Shown: one piece after another, positions 47,612 through 56,137 of the stretch
Position numbering within the stretch: the first letter of the stretch is position 1
How the letters are laid out: each line of letters starts with the position of its first letter
IMG/VR virus record: IMGVR_UViG_3300017989_000070
Length of the DNA stretch: 61,072 nucleotides
Reading direction: 5' to 3' (one strand)
Source of the DNA: an uncultured virus (IMG/VR IMGVR_UViG_3300017989_000070)
Lineage: Duplodnaviria > Heunggongvirae > Uroviricota > Caudoviricetes
Notes under the pieces: model-generated
The model's input: the letters and a program-made list of their open reading frames with translations, nothing else
What the model was told of the DNA's origin: nothing
Databases searched by the model: none
Translations under genes and position numbers: made by a program

Positions 47612-47899
47612 CTACTCTCCCAGGTGTCCGGGATAGACGTTCTCGCGCTCTTCCTGATCATCGAGGTGCAGGGGGGCCAACGAGACCCTCCCCGGCTCCG
47701 ACTCCATGATGGAGGTGAAGACCTCGACGGTGTACCAGTCGGGGTCCGTGGTGCGCAGGAGGGAGCGAAGCTCTCGCAGGATGCGCGCGTCGCTCCAGCC
47801 GGTGCGCTCGCGAACCCAGTCGACGAGATGCTTGTTGATGTGGTGCTCGATGCGGATCGTCGTCCGCATGGAGCCGTCCTGCCGCTCGGTGAACTTCAT
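47612..47899 (-). CDS. hypothetical protein
   Basis: GGAGG RBS; ATGA overlap. Confidence 0.6.
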   Translation of the reverse strand: MKFTERQDGSMRTTIRIEHHINKHLVDWVRERTGWSDARILRELRSLLRTTDPDWYTVEVFTSIMESEPGRVSLAPLHLDDQEERENVYPGHLGE

Positions 47900-48111
47900 G
47901 ACTCCTCCACCAGTTCGACCTCGCACATGCCGCCGATCCAGGCCCAGTACCGGCGCTGGCTCTGGCTGTTGTCCCAGGTCAGGCCGTCCTTCGGCCAACC
48001 CCAGCGCAGCCCGTAGATCTCGTCGTTGGTCAGACACACCCGCGAGGGGTGGTCCATGTCCGGCGGGTTGACGGTGAAACGGTCGCCGGGCTTGAGTTCG
48101 TGCGCTTTCAT
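47896..48111 (-). CDS. hypothetical protein
   Basis: MKAHELKPGDRF..; ATGA overlap. Confidence 0.6.
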   Translation of the reverse strand: MKAHELKPGDRFTVNPPDMDHPSRVCLTNDEIYGLRWGWPKDGLTWDNSQSQRRYWAWIGGMCEVELVEES

Positions 48112-48677
48112 ATCGCCAGCCTCCCCTTGCAGATCTTGCAGCGGTAGACGGAGCCTCCACGGATCTTGCGGACCTTCTGAGCGGTGATCTCGTGTACCCG
48201 GCAGTCGCAGTGAGCCGGGTATCGCTTCTGCCGTCGTCGAAGCCCGGTGCGGTCGACGGTGTGCGTCGTGCGCGGCTCGACGCCTGCCTCGCGCATGGTC
48301 GCCTGCCACTCCTCGCCGTGCGACTTGATCCTGATGCGGCCATTTCGGTACTGCGCCACGATGTGGCAGACCTCGTGGACCACTGTCTCGTGGCGCTCCT
48401 CCTCGGTGGCACGGGGCCAGAGCGGGACCGAGAAGCGCACCCGGGCGAGGTACAGGTGGGCCCTCGGGTATCGGATGCCGATCGACGCCTTGACCCCGGG
48501 CGACTGCTCCTCGCTCATGTCGAGGAAGAGCGCGTCGCCGAGCGACTTCGTGTGCCGGGGGCCCCACTCGATGTAGAGCCCCGACATCAGCGGGTGCACG
48601 CGGTCGAAGCCGAGGCGCTCGAAGGTGTCGAGCACCTGCTGCTCCGCCTTCTGCATCTGCTCGTGGGTCACGCTCAC
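48108..48677 (-). CDS. SprT-like zinc metalloprotease
   Basis: TVVHEVCH, HGEEWQ, HCDC..YRCKIC. Confidence 0.85.
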   Translation of the reverse strand: MSVTHEQMQKAEQQVLDTFERLGFDRVHPLMSGLYIEWGPRHTKSLGDALFLDMSEEQSPGVKASIGIRYPRAHLYLARVRFSVPLWPRATEEERHETVVHEVCHIVAQYRNGRIRIKSHGEEWQATMREAGVEPRTTHTVDRTGLRRRQKRYPAHCDCRVHEITAQKVRKIRGGSVYRCKICKGRLAI

Positions 48678-48997
48678 GAAGACTCCTCCAGCTTGGCCTC
48701 GATCAGCATCTTCTCCTCGATCGCGAGGTAGTGCCCCGCCTCCGCCGTGGACGAGACGAGGAACACGTTGTTCGTGTGCACCCGGTCGTCGTCCAGCGAG
48801 TCTGTCTGCCGCAGCCCGATGTCCTTGCGGGGCCGCAGGCGCTGGAGCAGCGGGTGCTTGTCCTCGTCGCCGGGTTCGATGGTCGTGCCGAAGGCGCCCT
48901 CGTCGCGCAGCGTCTCGAACCACTCCATCGCGGCCTCCGCCGAGGGGAAGTCCATCGCGATGCGCACGGGACCTTCCTGAATCTTGTGGGTCATCAC
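48674..48997 (-). CDS. hypothetical protein
   Basis: Translationally coupled small gene. Confidence 0.6.
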   Translation of the reverse strand: MMTHKIQEGPVRIAMDFPSAEAAMEWFETLRDEGAFGTTIEPGDEDKHPLLQRLRPRKDIGLRQTDSLDDDRVHTNNVFLVSSTAEAGHYLAIEEKMLIEAKLEESS

Positions 48998-49326
48998 AGC
49001 ACCTCGTTGTCAGTCCACCGCTGCCCCGCGCTCACGGCCTCGATGGGCGCGAGCTTCGAGGCCGCGGTGTCGAGCAGCATCGCGATCTCCAGTGCATCGA
49101 CGGAGTTCAGCTTGTCGAGGTGCTGAACCCGGATGTCGGTGACCAAGTACCAGGGGTGGCTCCCCGGGTCTTCGACGGGGACGCGGCGGAAGCGCGCCCG
49201 GAGTTCGACGATGGCCCAGACCTCCCGGTGGGGGCTCTCGATGGAGAGACGGTAGGTCTCGCCGTCGTCGGTCGACTGAAGCCCGGCGTTCTCGATGTGC
49301 TTGCGCATGGTCTCGATCTTCATCAT
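48994..49326 (-). CDS. hypothetical protein
   Basis: AGGAG RBS; coupled. Confidence 0.6.
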   Translation of the reverse strand: MMKIETMRKHIENAGLQSTDDGETYRLSIESPHREVWAIVELRARFRRVPVEDPGSHPWYLVTDIRVQHLDKLNSVDALEIAMLLDTAASKLAPIEAVSAGQRWTDNEVL

Positions 49327-49697
49327 GATTGTTGCTCCTTCAGGTGCAGGTCCACGATGTCACTCGCGACCTGCTCCTCGTCCTTGCGAAACATCTCGGC
49401 CAGGACGTGGACCGAGATCATGCTCGCGAGAAAGTCGATCATCCCGCTCCGCGACTCCTCGTCCTGCCAGCCGCAGTCGTCGTTCAGGAGCACGTACTCG
49501 ACCATCTCGCGGTAGCCCTTCGGGCCCTTGGGCTTCGTCTTGCCCGAGAGACGGTCCAGCACCGCCTGCGGCTCCTTGAAGCGGGGCATCACGACCCACT
49601 TGCCCTCGTGGTACGCGCCCCAGAGCCCCCCGCGCCGGACGATCTCCAGGCCGGACTCGTCGTGCCGGTAGCCGTCCTCGGTTCGGATGAATGCCAT
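49323..49697 (-). CDS. hypothetical protein
   Basis: TGATG coupling; MAFIRTEDG.. Confidence 0.6.
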   Translation of the reverse strand: MAFIRTEDGYRHDESGLEIVRRGGLWGAYHEGKWVVMPRFKEPQAVLDRLSGKTKPKGPKGYREMVEYVLLNDDCGWQDEESRSGMIDFLASMISVHVLAEMFRKDEEQVASDIVDLHLKEQQS

Positions 49698-50008
49698 CAC
49701 ACCCTCTCCGGGAACTTCCCGACGAGCAGCGGCGTGCTCGTGCACCTGCGCCCCCGGGGGTTGCAGTTGATGATCTCGGCGCCGTCCCACGTCTCCGCGG
49801 CGGAGGGCGTCATGACCGCCATGTGTGAGGGGTCGCCGATGGCCCGGTGGCGGATGGCCACGCGGTGCCGCATCTGCGAGTGGTACAGACCCGTCTCGAC
49901 GGCGGCGAACGGGGCCCGGTCCATCAGAGCCTCCAGGGCGGGGCGCCCCTGAGCGACGTAGACCTCTCCCGAATCGAGAACGACGATGTTGAAGTCGTTA
50001 CGGTTCAT
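49697..50008 (-). CDS. hypothetical protein
   Basis: AGGAG RBS. Confidence 0.6.
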   Translation of the reverse strand: MNRNDFNIVVLDSGEVYVAQGRPALEALMDRAPFAAVETGLYHSQMRHRVAIRHRAIGDPSHMAVMTPSAAETWDGAEIINCNPRGRRCTSTPLLVGKFPERV

Positions 50009-50009
50009 C

Positions 50010-50186
50010 TCACAACTCCTTGCCGCATCGGCGGCAGCGTCGCACGTAGCGCACGTGCCGGAACTCGGACGGGGTGCGCTGGTAGCGCAGCATCTCGTCC
50101 ACGGTCTCGGGCACCCAGCGGTGGAACACGCGGTCGACGGTGACCTCGTGCGGCTCGCCGCTGGGGCAGCGGTCCTCGCCCCTCAC
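50010..50186 (-). CDS. small Zn-finger protein
   Basis: GTGA overlap; C..H..CRRCG. Confidence 0.45.
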   Translation of the reverse strand: MRGEDRCPSGEPHEVTVDRVFHRWVPETVDEMLRYQRTPSEFRHVRYVRRCRRCGKEL

Positions 50187-51004
50187 TCGGCCACCTTGTG
50201 GTGGTAGTAGTCGCGAGGCAGGTCGTCGGCGAGCCGCTCGACCTTGGTCCCGAGGTACTTGTAGGTCTTGTGCCCGAAGAAACGCTCCTCGATGACCGAG
50301 GTGTCGCGAGCGAACGAGACGATCGGCCCCTCGTTGACGCCCATGCGGTTGTAGTAGACCACGTCTTCCACGATTCCCTTGCTCGCGCCCGTGATCTTCT
50401 TCAGCGCACTCAGCGACCAGATGGTGCCGGGCTCGGCGTTCTTGAAAAGCTCGATGAGCTTCTCGGTCGCCTCGGCCTGCGCCTTCTCGCGAGCGGCCTT
50501 CTTCGCGGCCTTCTCGTCGCGCTTGGCCTTCCGCTCGGCGGCGAGCTTCTGGGCCTTCGCGCGGGACGCCTTCTTCTCGGCGCGCTCGACCTTCTTGCGG
50601 TCGGCGAGCTTCCGCGGCTTCCAAGCCTTCGCGCGCTCGATGAGCATCGCGATGTCCAGGGGGAGCGTCTCGACGTCGTGCTTCCACTGGCCGTAGGCCC
50701 GGCGCGCCTCGCGGTACTCGCCGTCCTGCTTGTGGTACGGCATGTCCGCAGGCTTCGCGACGGGGTTCGCCAGCCGCTGCTCCAGCATCGCCTGAAGGCG
50801 AGCCGCGAACTCCAGGGTCTGGACCGCCGAGACCTCGAAGGCCTTCGAGCCGTTGCACCCGCCCGAGTGCCAGACGTTGCCGTAGCTCCCCTGGCGGCGC
50901 TGGCCGCTCTCGCGCCAGCCGTGGCGGACGAGGTTGCCCTTCGCGTCGGCGGCGAAGGTGCGGAAGCAGTGGGGGCAGGTTCCGAGGTGCGTGTGCTGCG
51001 TCAT
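50183..51004 (-). CDS. Zn-binding, Lys/Ala-rich hypothetical protein
   Basis: GTCPHCFR..HG..C; first gene after sigma54 promoter 1. Confidence 0.7.
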   Translation of the reverse strand: MTQHTHLGTCPHCFRTFAADAKGNLVRHGWRESGQRRQGSYGNVWHSGGCNGSKAFEVSAVQTLEFAARLQAMLEQRLANPVAKPADMPYHKQDGEYREARRAYGQWKHDVETLPLDIAMLIERAKAWKPRKLADRKKVERAEKKASRAKAQKLAAERKAKRDEKAAKKAAREKAQAEATEKLIELFKNAEPGTIWSLSALKKITGASKGIVEDVVYYNRMGVNEGPIVSFARDTSVIEERFFGHKTYKYLGTKVERLADDLPRDYYHHKVAE

Positions 51005-51017
51005 GCCCATCCCTTGT

Positions 51018-51062
51018 TGCGAGGCCCGTGCCAAAACTTGCTGTCAATGATTTCGAGCACTT
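51018..51062 (-). promoter_or_regulatory. sigma54 (-24/-12) promoter 1 with conserved upstream box
   Basis: TGGCAC-N5-TCGCA; 36-bp near-identical repeat with 54870-54905. Confidence 0.7.
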
Positions 51063-51138
51063 ATGAACCCCTTGTGCGTAGCACAGTGCACGCTTTTCAG
51101 CCAGGTTCCGGCGTTCCCCCGGGTATCCGGCGTTTCAG

Positions 51139-51241
51139 GTGCGCACTTCTTTTCGCACTGGTGCCACCGGGGCTGCGCACTGGCCCCCGAAACCCCGAAA
51201 TGTGTAATGATATTCGCACTCCTGCCACCACTGCTACGCAG
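51139..51241. promoter_or_regulatory. four putative enhancer (bEBP) sites
   Basis: 20-mers NTGYS-N10-CGCAS at 51139, 51161, 51200, 51222. Confidence 0.55.
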
Positions 51242-51338
51242 TGGTTTCCCGGGCCTGGAGGGGGCCACCAGGGCTCGGAAGCCCTCCCGAATACCAGGGC
51301 CTTCGGGGGTGGCCTTCCGTCGATTCTGAGAGGTCTCG

Positions 51339-51488
51339 TTAGCGGCGTCTAAATGCGTCCGAGAGGGCCACCAAGAGGAAGATGAGACCGGCAACTCCGA
51401 ACAGTTGTTCGAGCGGTCGGAGCGGGTATTCGGTGAACACGGCGTAGCCGTAGAGGGCGAGGAGGAGCAGGCCGAGGCCGAGGAGCAT
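51339..51488 (-). CDS. small two-TM protein
   Basis: Hydrophobic; TACCAT 6 nt upstream of ATG. Confidence 0.5.
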   Translation of the reverse strand: MLLGLGLLLLALYGYAVFTEYPLRPLEQLFGVAGLIFLLVALSDAFRRR

Positions 51489-51492
51489 CCTC

Positions 51493-51762
51493 TCATGGTA
51501 GCGCACACTCGGGAAGCTCGCCGCGGATGATGTCGCAGATGCGCCGGTAGACCAGGGCCCCACGCTCGTCGCCCTTGCTCTCGCAGGAGAGCATCGCGGC
51601 CCGGTTCGCGGCGTAGGCCCCGAGGTCGTGCGTGGCCCTCACATAGTGCTTCGGGCGCTCGGGGAAGATCTTCCGCGCCTCGATCACGGGGTGGCGGTGG
51701 ATGCGGCCCCAGAGCCGCATGAGGGCGTCCTTGTCGAACTTGTCGAGGTCGTTGGTCGTCAT
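51493..51762 (-). CDS. hypothetical protein
   Basis: GGAGG RBS; coupled. Confidence 0.65.
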   Translation of the reverse strand: MTTNDLDKFDKDALMRLWGRIHRHPVIEARKIFPERPKHYVRATHDLGAYAANRAAMLSCESKGDERGALVYRRICDIIRGELPECALP

Positions 51763-52136
51763 GCTGCCCTCCGGTGTCGCAGGTAGTGCTCGGCGTCGGA
51801 CAGGGGCCACACGGCGTCCTCCCCGGTCAGCGGCTGGAGCTTGTGGCTGAGAAGCATGAGCTTCGCGAGTTGCTCCTGCCGCGCGAGCAGAAGCTCGGTC
51901 ACGTCGCTGGTGTTCGCGCAGTCGGAGTAGACGCCCGGGATGTGGACGGCCAGGACGAACACGACGTGCCGGACGGGGACCTCGTCGGTCGCGTCCCGGA
52001 AGTCCATGCGGACCTGCAACTCGGCGCGAGAGTCGTCGGCGGTGCAGGCGAGCGAGAGCCTCGCCGAGGTGCCCGAGAACGATCGACCGAGGGTGCGCTC
52101 GATGGCCTCGACGTTCTTGACGAATCCGTCTCGCAT
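51759..52136 (-). CDS. hypothetical protein
   Basis: TGATG coupling. Confidence 0.6.
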   Translation of the reverse strand: MRDGFVKNVEAIERTLGRSFSGTSARLSLACTADDSRAELQVRMDFRDATDEVPVRHVVFVLAVHIPGVYSDCANTSDVTELLLARQEQLAKLMLLSHKLQPLTGEDAVWPLSDAEHYLRHRRAA

Positions 52137-52384
52137 CACGCCCCCCTCCGCCGGAAGAGAAGTCCTTCCCCGCTCTCGTGTGTCTCCAGCAGCCCGTGGT
52201 CCAACATGCTGTTGAACACCTCTTCGAGCAGGGGCCGCGGGAACCTCTCGCAGACGAGGTCGTTGAGGCGCGACCCGCGACGCCACTGGCTGAAGCCCTG
52301 GCTCACCGTGGCGAGCGCCGCCATCCAGTCGACCGTGCGCGGGTCCGTGGCGAACTCCTCGACGTTGTTGTGGAACGTGCTCAT
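52136..52384 (-). CDS. small winged-helix-like protein
   Basis: GGAGG RBS; LEEVFNSMLDHGLL. Confidence 0.5.
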   Translation of the reverse strand: MSTFHNNVEEFATDPRTVDWMAALATVSQGFSQWRRGSRLNDLVCERFPRPLLEEVFNSMLDHGLLETHESGEGLLFRRRGA

Positions 52385-52548
52385 TGCTCGACCCTCCCGC
52401 GGCAGGCGAGCCTGGACGCCTCCCGCTTTCTGTTCTTCGTCTTGCGCGGGGCGTTGCGCCCGTCGTAGTACCCCGCCTTGCGAGCCGCCTCGCGGCGCGC
52501 GGCTCGCTCCGCCTTCAGGATCATGTCGGCGGTGATGGTGATGTGCAC
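52381..52548 (-). CDS. small basic protein
   Basis: AGGAGG RBS; AARREAARKAG..KREASRLACRG. Confidence 0.5.
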   Translation of the reverse strand: MHITITADMILKAERAARREAARKAGYYDGRNAPRKTKNRKREASRLACRGRVEQ

Positions 52549-52556
52549 GGCCCCTC

Positions 52557-52703
52557 CTACTTCGCGTCCGAGACGCAGACCTCGTCCTCGTCGGTCGTGC
52601 CCTCGACACGATTCGCGAGGTCCTCGGCCACGACGATGGCCTCGTCGAGGATGCTCGACGGGTCCATGTCACTCTCGATGGGGATGGTGATCAGATAGCG
52701 CAT
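52557..52703 (-). CDS. small acidic protein
   Basis: GGAGG RBS. Confidence 0.55.
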   Translation of the reverse strand: MRYLITIPIESDMDPSSILDEAIVVAEDLANRVEGTTDEDEVCVSDAK

Positions 52704-53155
52704 GGTGCCTCCAGTGCGTCTACGATGCGGCTCTCCAGGCTCTCGATGCACCGCTCGACGTTGCGCACGGCGAACGAGTGCTCGGCGTAGGTTTCGGCCC
52801 AGCCGATCCAGTTGAAGTCCTCGGGGTCCAGTTCGATGAGCACCGAGAGGACGCTCTCCCAGGCGGTGCTTGGTGCGACGATGTACGTCTGCTTGACGGT
52901 CGTGGGCTCGACCTCGGCCCCGGGGAAGCCAAGATCGAGAAGCAGCATGCGCTGCCGGAAGGTGACGTTGACGCGGACCTCGTAGCTCCAGGGGAAGACC
53001 CGGAAGCCCATGTTGTGGATCGAGCGCCGGACGCGGACTGCCTCGGGGCTCTCGGGATGGAGCGTCGGCACGTAGTCGTGCTCGCGCATCGAACGCTCCA
53101 GGTCCGCCCAGCCCTCGAACGCCGAGACGGCACGCACGTCGCTGTCGAGGCTCAC
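52691..53155 (-). CDS. hypothetical protein
   Basis: GTGA overlap, 154 aa. Confidence 0.6.
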   Translation of the reverse strand: MSLDSDVRAVSAFEGWADLERSMREHDYVPTLHPESPEAVRVRRSIHNMGFRVFPWSYEVRVNVTFRQRMLLLDLGFPGAEVEPTTVKQTYIVAPSTAWESVLSVLIELDPEDFNWIGWAETYAEHSFAVRNVERCIESLESRIVDALEAPCAI

Positions 53156-53343
53156 GACTCACCTCGGGCGTAGTAGGGCCCGAATCCGTCGTACTGCTCG
53201 ACCACGGTGCCCTCTTCGAGGAGGGCGACGAGCGCCGCGCGGATCTCCTCGTTCGGACCGTCGAGAAGCTCGAAGCCCCCCGTGCGGACCTTGCCGTTGT
53301 AGGAGCCGTCGAGCGTGTCGAGGATGTGCCTGCGTGCGTCCAT
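53152..53343 (-). CDS. hypothetical protein
   Basis: GGAG RBS. Confidence 0.55.
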   Translation of the reverse strand: MDARRHILDTLDGSYNGKVRTGGFELLDGPNEEIRAALVALLEEGTVVEQYDGFGPYYARGES

Positions 53344-53517
53344 GTCCCTCTCCTTCTTCCGGTCCGGGCTCCCGCCTTCCCGTCCCTCGCGGCCCAACTT
53401 CTAGCGACCACACCCGGCAGTTTTTTCAGAGGAGACTGCCACCTCTCGACGGTGTACCCGATACGATGCCTCGGAGACGGGCTAGGCGATGCTCTCCATC
53501 TTCCACTCCCTCCCGGT

Positions 53518-54042
53518 TCAGACCGGGCAGTTGTCGAGAGCCTGCTGCAACTCATCGCGAGCCGACTCCAGCCACTCGGCCTCGCTGTCGTACCCCTCGT
53601 CGGGGTCGTACTCGTTCTCGTACCCCTCGACCGCGTAGCGGATCTCTTCCGCCCACGAGGAGAGTTCCTCGGCCTTCTCCTGGCAGTCGTCCGCGACGGA
53701 GGACTCGGAGAACTCGCACAGGATCGCGTCGGCGCTCTCCTGATACTCCTCCCCGACCTCCTCGATCTGCTCCGCCGCGCACTCCGCGACGTCCTTGATC
53801 TCCTCCATGGTGGAGGCACCGGGCAGCGCGTCGTCCGCACCCTCCATCGCCGCCAGGGCGCCGGAGAGCTTCGACTGGGTCAACTCGCTCCCGCGGAAAT
53901 GACACGCCATGCAGCGGATGTGCTTGCCGCCGTAGCGGAACTTGATCCACTGGTAGGCGCTCCCCGCCGGAAGAGCGGCGCCGCAGCGTCCGCACTTGCC
54001 CTGGTCCTTGCGAGCCTTCTTGACCTGATTGATGCGCGGCAT
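53518..54042 (-). CDS. Zn-finger plus acidic helical protein
   Basis: KARKD..CGRCG..CMAC; highly acidic C-terminus. Confidence 0.75.
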   Translation of the reverse strand: MPRINQVKKARKDQGKCGRCGAALPAGSAYQWIKFRYGGKHIRCMACHFRGSELTQSKLSGALAAMEGADDALPGASTMEEIKDVAECAAEQIEEVGEEYQESADAILCEFSESSVADDCQEKAEELSSWAEEIRYAVEGYENEYDPDEGYDSEAEWLESARDELQQALDNCPV

Positions 54043-54061
54043 GTTGCCTCCTCACCAGATG

Positions 54062-54088
54062 GACGTTGCGAACACCGAAGCTCTGACA
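54062..54088 (-). promoter_or_regulatory. ECF-type promoter 3
   Basis: TGTCAG-N17-CGTC, then AGGAGGCAAC-ATG. Confidence 0.7.
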
Positions 54089-54089
54089 G

Positions 54090-54383
54090 CTAGCACCGAG
54101 TGAACTGTCGGACGTAGCCCCGGGTGTCGAGCCCGGTCCAGTTCCCGAGCGAGTCGGGCCCCGCGAGCGCGAAGCACGGCACGTCCCCCGCCTCGTCGTC
54201 CCAGACACCGCAGTGGAGGGACAGGTCGACGCCAGGCCGGACCATCTCCTCGTGGGAGACGAGAACGGCCTCGAAGTCCTCGTCCGCGCAGGCGGTGTCG
54301 AGGAACGACTCGATGCGGGTACGCATGTCGTCGGTCAACTCGGTGTCTCCGGGGCGCTGGACGTTCTCGATGGCGATGCTCAT
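54090..54383 (-). CDS. hypothetical protein
   Basis: AGGAGGCAAC-ATG. Confidence 0.65.
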   Translation of the reverse strand: MSIAIENVQRPGDTELTDDMRTRIESFLDTACADEDFEAVLVSHEEMVRPGVDLSLHCGVWDDEAGDVPCFALAGPDSLGNWTGLDTRGYVRQFTRC

Positions 54384-54401
54384 GTTGCCTCCTGCTCTGT
54401 A

Positions 54402-54428
54402 GACGCCCCGTTTGGGGCCTCTCTGACA
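54402..54428 (-). promoter_or_regulatory. ECF-type promoter 4
   Basis: TGTCAG-N17-CGTC, then AGGAGGCAAC-ATG. Confidence 0.7.
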
Positions 54429-54429
54429 G

Positions 54430-54711
54430 CTACCTGCGAAAAGCTCCGATGGATGACGCCGCAGCGTCGTAGAACGAGATCCAGGGGCGGGGGCCACGGT
54501 CCGCCTTCGGCGCGGCCTTCCAGGCGTCCCTGGTGGAGGTGGAGATGCGAATCTGCCGAGGCATGGTGTCCTTCACCAAGTCCTGAAGGTCCCGCCAGCA
54601 CCGACCGCAGGCCAGGTACTCCGAAGGCGAGCCCACGACCATCCCCGAAGCGGGGTGCCACAGGTTGCCGCAGAGCGCGCAGCGCGGAGCGTCGTCGGTG
54701 AGGGTTGCCAT
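54430..54711 (-). CDS. Zn-finger protein
   Basis: CALCG..CGRC; GGAGGA RBS. Confidence 0.65.
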   Translation of the reverse strand: MATLTDDAPRCALCGNLWHPASGMVVGSPSEYLACGRCWRDLQDLVKDTMPRQIRISTSTRDAWKAAPKADRGPRPWISFYDAAASSIGAFRR

Positions 54712-54712
54712 C

Positions 54713-54847
54713 TCAGTCCTCCACAATCACGATCTCGACCAGCACATCGTCGGGGCTGATGAGGAGATCACGGGTCTCCTCGTCCATGGGGGTCTGCACC
54801 GCGAAGCGGTTGCCATGCCTGTCCTCGAAAATGTGCGTCTCGGTCAT
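54713..54847 (-). CDS. small acidic protein (44 aa, not in ORF track)
   Basis: MTETHIFEDRHG..; first gene after sigma54 promoter 2. Confidence 0.55.
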   Translation of the reverse strand: MTETHIFEDRHGNRFAVQTPMDEETRDLLISPDDVLVEIVIVED

Positions 54848-54860
54848 GCCCCACCCATGT

Positions 54861-54905
54861 ATCAATCCCCGTGCCAAAACTTGCTATCAATGATTCCGAG
54901 CACTT
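54861..54905 (-). promoter_or_regulatory. sigma54 (-24/-12) promoter 2 with conserved upstream box
   Basis: TGGCAC-N5-TTGAT; same 24-nt spacing to ATG as promoter 1. Confidence 0.65.
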
Positions 54906-54937
54906 GTGTGTCTGCTCTCCCTAATGTGCGAAACGCC

Positions 54938-55639
54938 TTATACGGCTGGAGAGCCCTCGCCCCCGTTTTCCCGGTGCGTAAGATTTTGCGCACTGCCACC
55001 GTACTTTCGCACCCAGCGGGAGGCGGTCCCGATGCGGACCCCCAGGAGTTCTTTGATCTCCCTATAACGGAACCCCCGCTCCCGCAGGGCCACGACCGCG
55101 CGCACGAGCTTCGGGTTGCGCGGTTGCCGGGGTTTGCGGGGCCCGGTGCTGGGGCGGGGCTTGCGCCACTCGCCCGGGGGCTTGGTTGCCCCGGCTGCGC
55201 GCACGATCTCGGCGACGGTATTGTGGTCGACCCCGGTCAGGGCCGCGACGGTGCGCACCGAGGCGCCCGGCTGCTTGTAGGCCTCGACGATGCCTTCGCG
55301 CTCGGCTTCGCGGAGCCCGGCAGGGCACGAGGAGGAGGTGTGGGCCGAGACCCAGTGCACTCCTCGCCCGACGACCTCGGCGATCTGCTGGAAGGTCGCC
55401 CCCTGCTCGCGAAGCTCCTGCGCCTGGCGCAAGGTCTTCGCCTCTTCCGCACGGCGAGCGGCTTTCCGCTCGTCCTGCCTGGCCTTGCGCTGCTCACGCA
55501 CGAATGCCGGGGCGGATCGGTGACGGCGGTCGATGACCGAGGGCGAGCAACCGATGAGGCCCGAGATCTTCCGCGCCGGGAGCGCGGTGTTGCAGAGGTA
55601 GTAGTCGATGACGTGCGTGACGTGGTTTTGTTGCTGCAT
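54938..55639 (-). CDS. multi-HTH DNA-binding protein
   Basis: Four HTH-like units (ARKISGLIGC, FQQIAEVVG, VRTVAALTG, YREIKELLG). Confidence 0.75.
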   Translation of the reverse strand: MQQQNHVTHVIDYYLCNTALPARKISGLIGCSPSVIDRRHRSAPAFVREQRKARQDERKAARRAEEAKTLRQAQELREQGATFQQIAEVVGRGVHWVSAHTSSSCPAGLREAEREGIVEAYKQPGASVRTVAALTGVDHNTVAEIVRAAGATKPPGEWRKPRPSTGPRKPRQPRNPKLVRAVVALRERGFRYREIKELLGVRIGTASRWVRKYGGSAQNLTHRENGGEGSPAV

Positions 55640-55647
55640 ACCTGTCA

Positions 55648-55674
55648 GACGTGGCGACTCACCACTATCTGACA
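55648..55674 (-). promoter_or_regulatory. ECF-type promoter 5
   Basis: TGTCAG-N17-CGTC; ATG 8 nt downstream. Confidence 0.7.
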
Positions 55675-55675
55675 G

Positions 55676-56137
55676 CTATTCTCCGCGAGCTTGTCGAATG
55701 AGTTCGCGCAGCGCGGCCTCGACGTGGGGGCTCTCCGCGACCGTGCTCCGCTCGTAGCCGTGGACGATGCGGTTCTCGCCGGTCTGGAGGAGCGCGCCGG
55801 AGTCGAGCGCGACGACGTTGATGGCCCGGGTCACCGGCACCTTCAGGTGGAGCGTCGTCCTGTTGAAGTTCTGCTCGCCCCAGACCGAGGTCCACCAGGG
55901 GTCGACGGTGAGCACGAGCTTCTGGGCGTAGGAGAGCGGCCTGGTGCGGTTCAGCGTGCGGACGAGACGGGGGGCCTCACGTCCGGCTGCGCAGGCGAGA
56001 AGCAGGTTGCTCGGGCTGTCGTGCTTGTGGATGAAGCGGCGCGCGAGCCAGCGGGACTCGTGGGTCACGAACTCGTAGGGGAAGAGCAGGTCTTGGATGC
56101 GGCGGCTCAACCCTCCGAGGCTGAGAGCGATGATCAC
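55676..56137 (-). CDS. hypothetical protein (possibly degenerate alpha/beta hydrolase)
   Basis: GTGA overlap; CAAG..LTVDP..H. Confidence 0.5.
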   Translation of the reverse strand: MIIALSLGGLSRRIQDLLFPYEFVTHESRWLARRFIHKHDSPSNLLLACAAGREAPRLVRTLNRTRPLSYAQKLVLTVDPWWTSVWGEQNFNRTTLHLKVPVTRAINVVALDSGALLQTGENRIVHGYERSTVAESPHVEAALRELIRQARGE

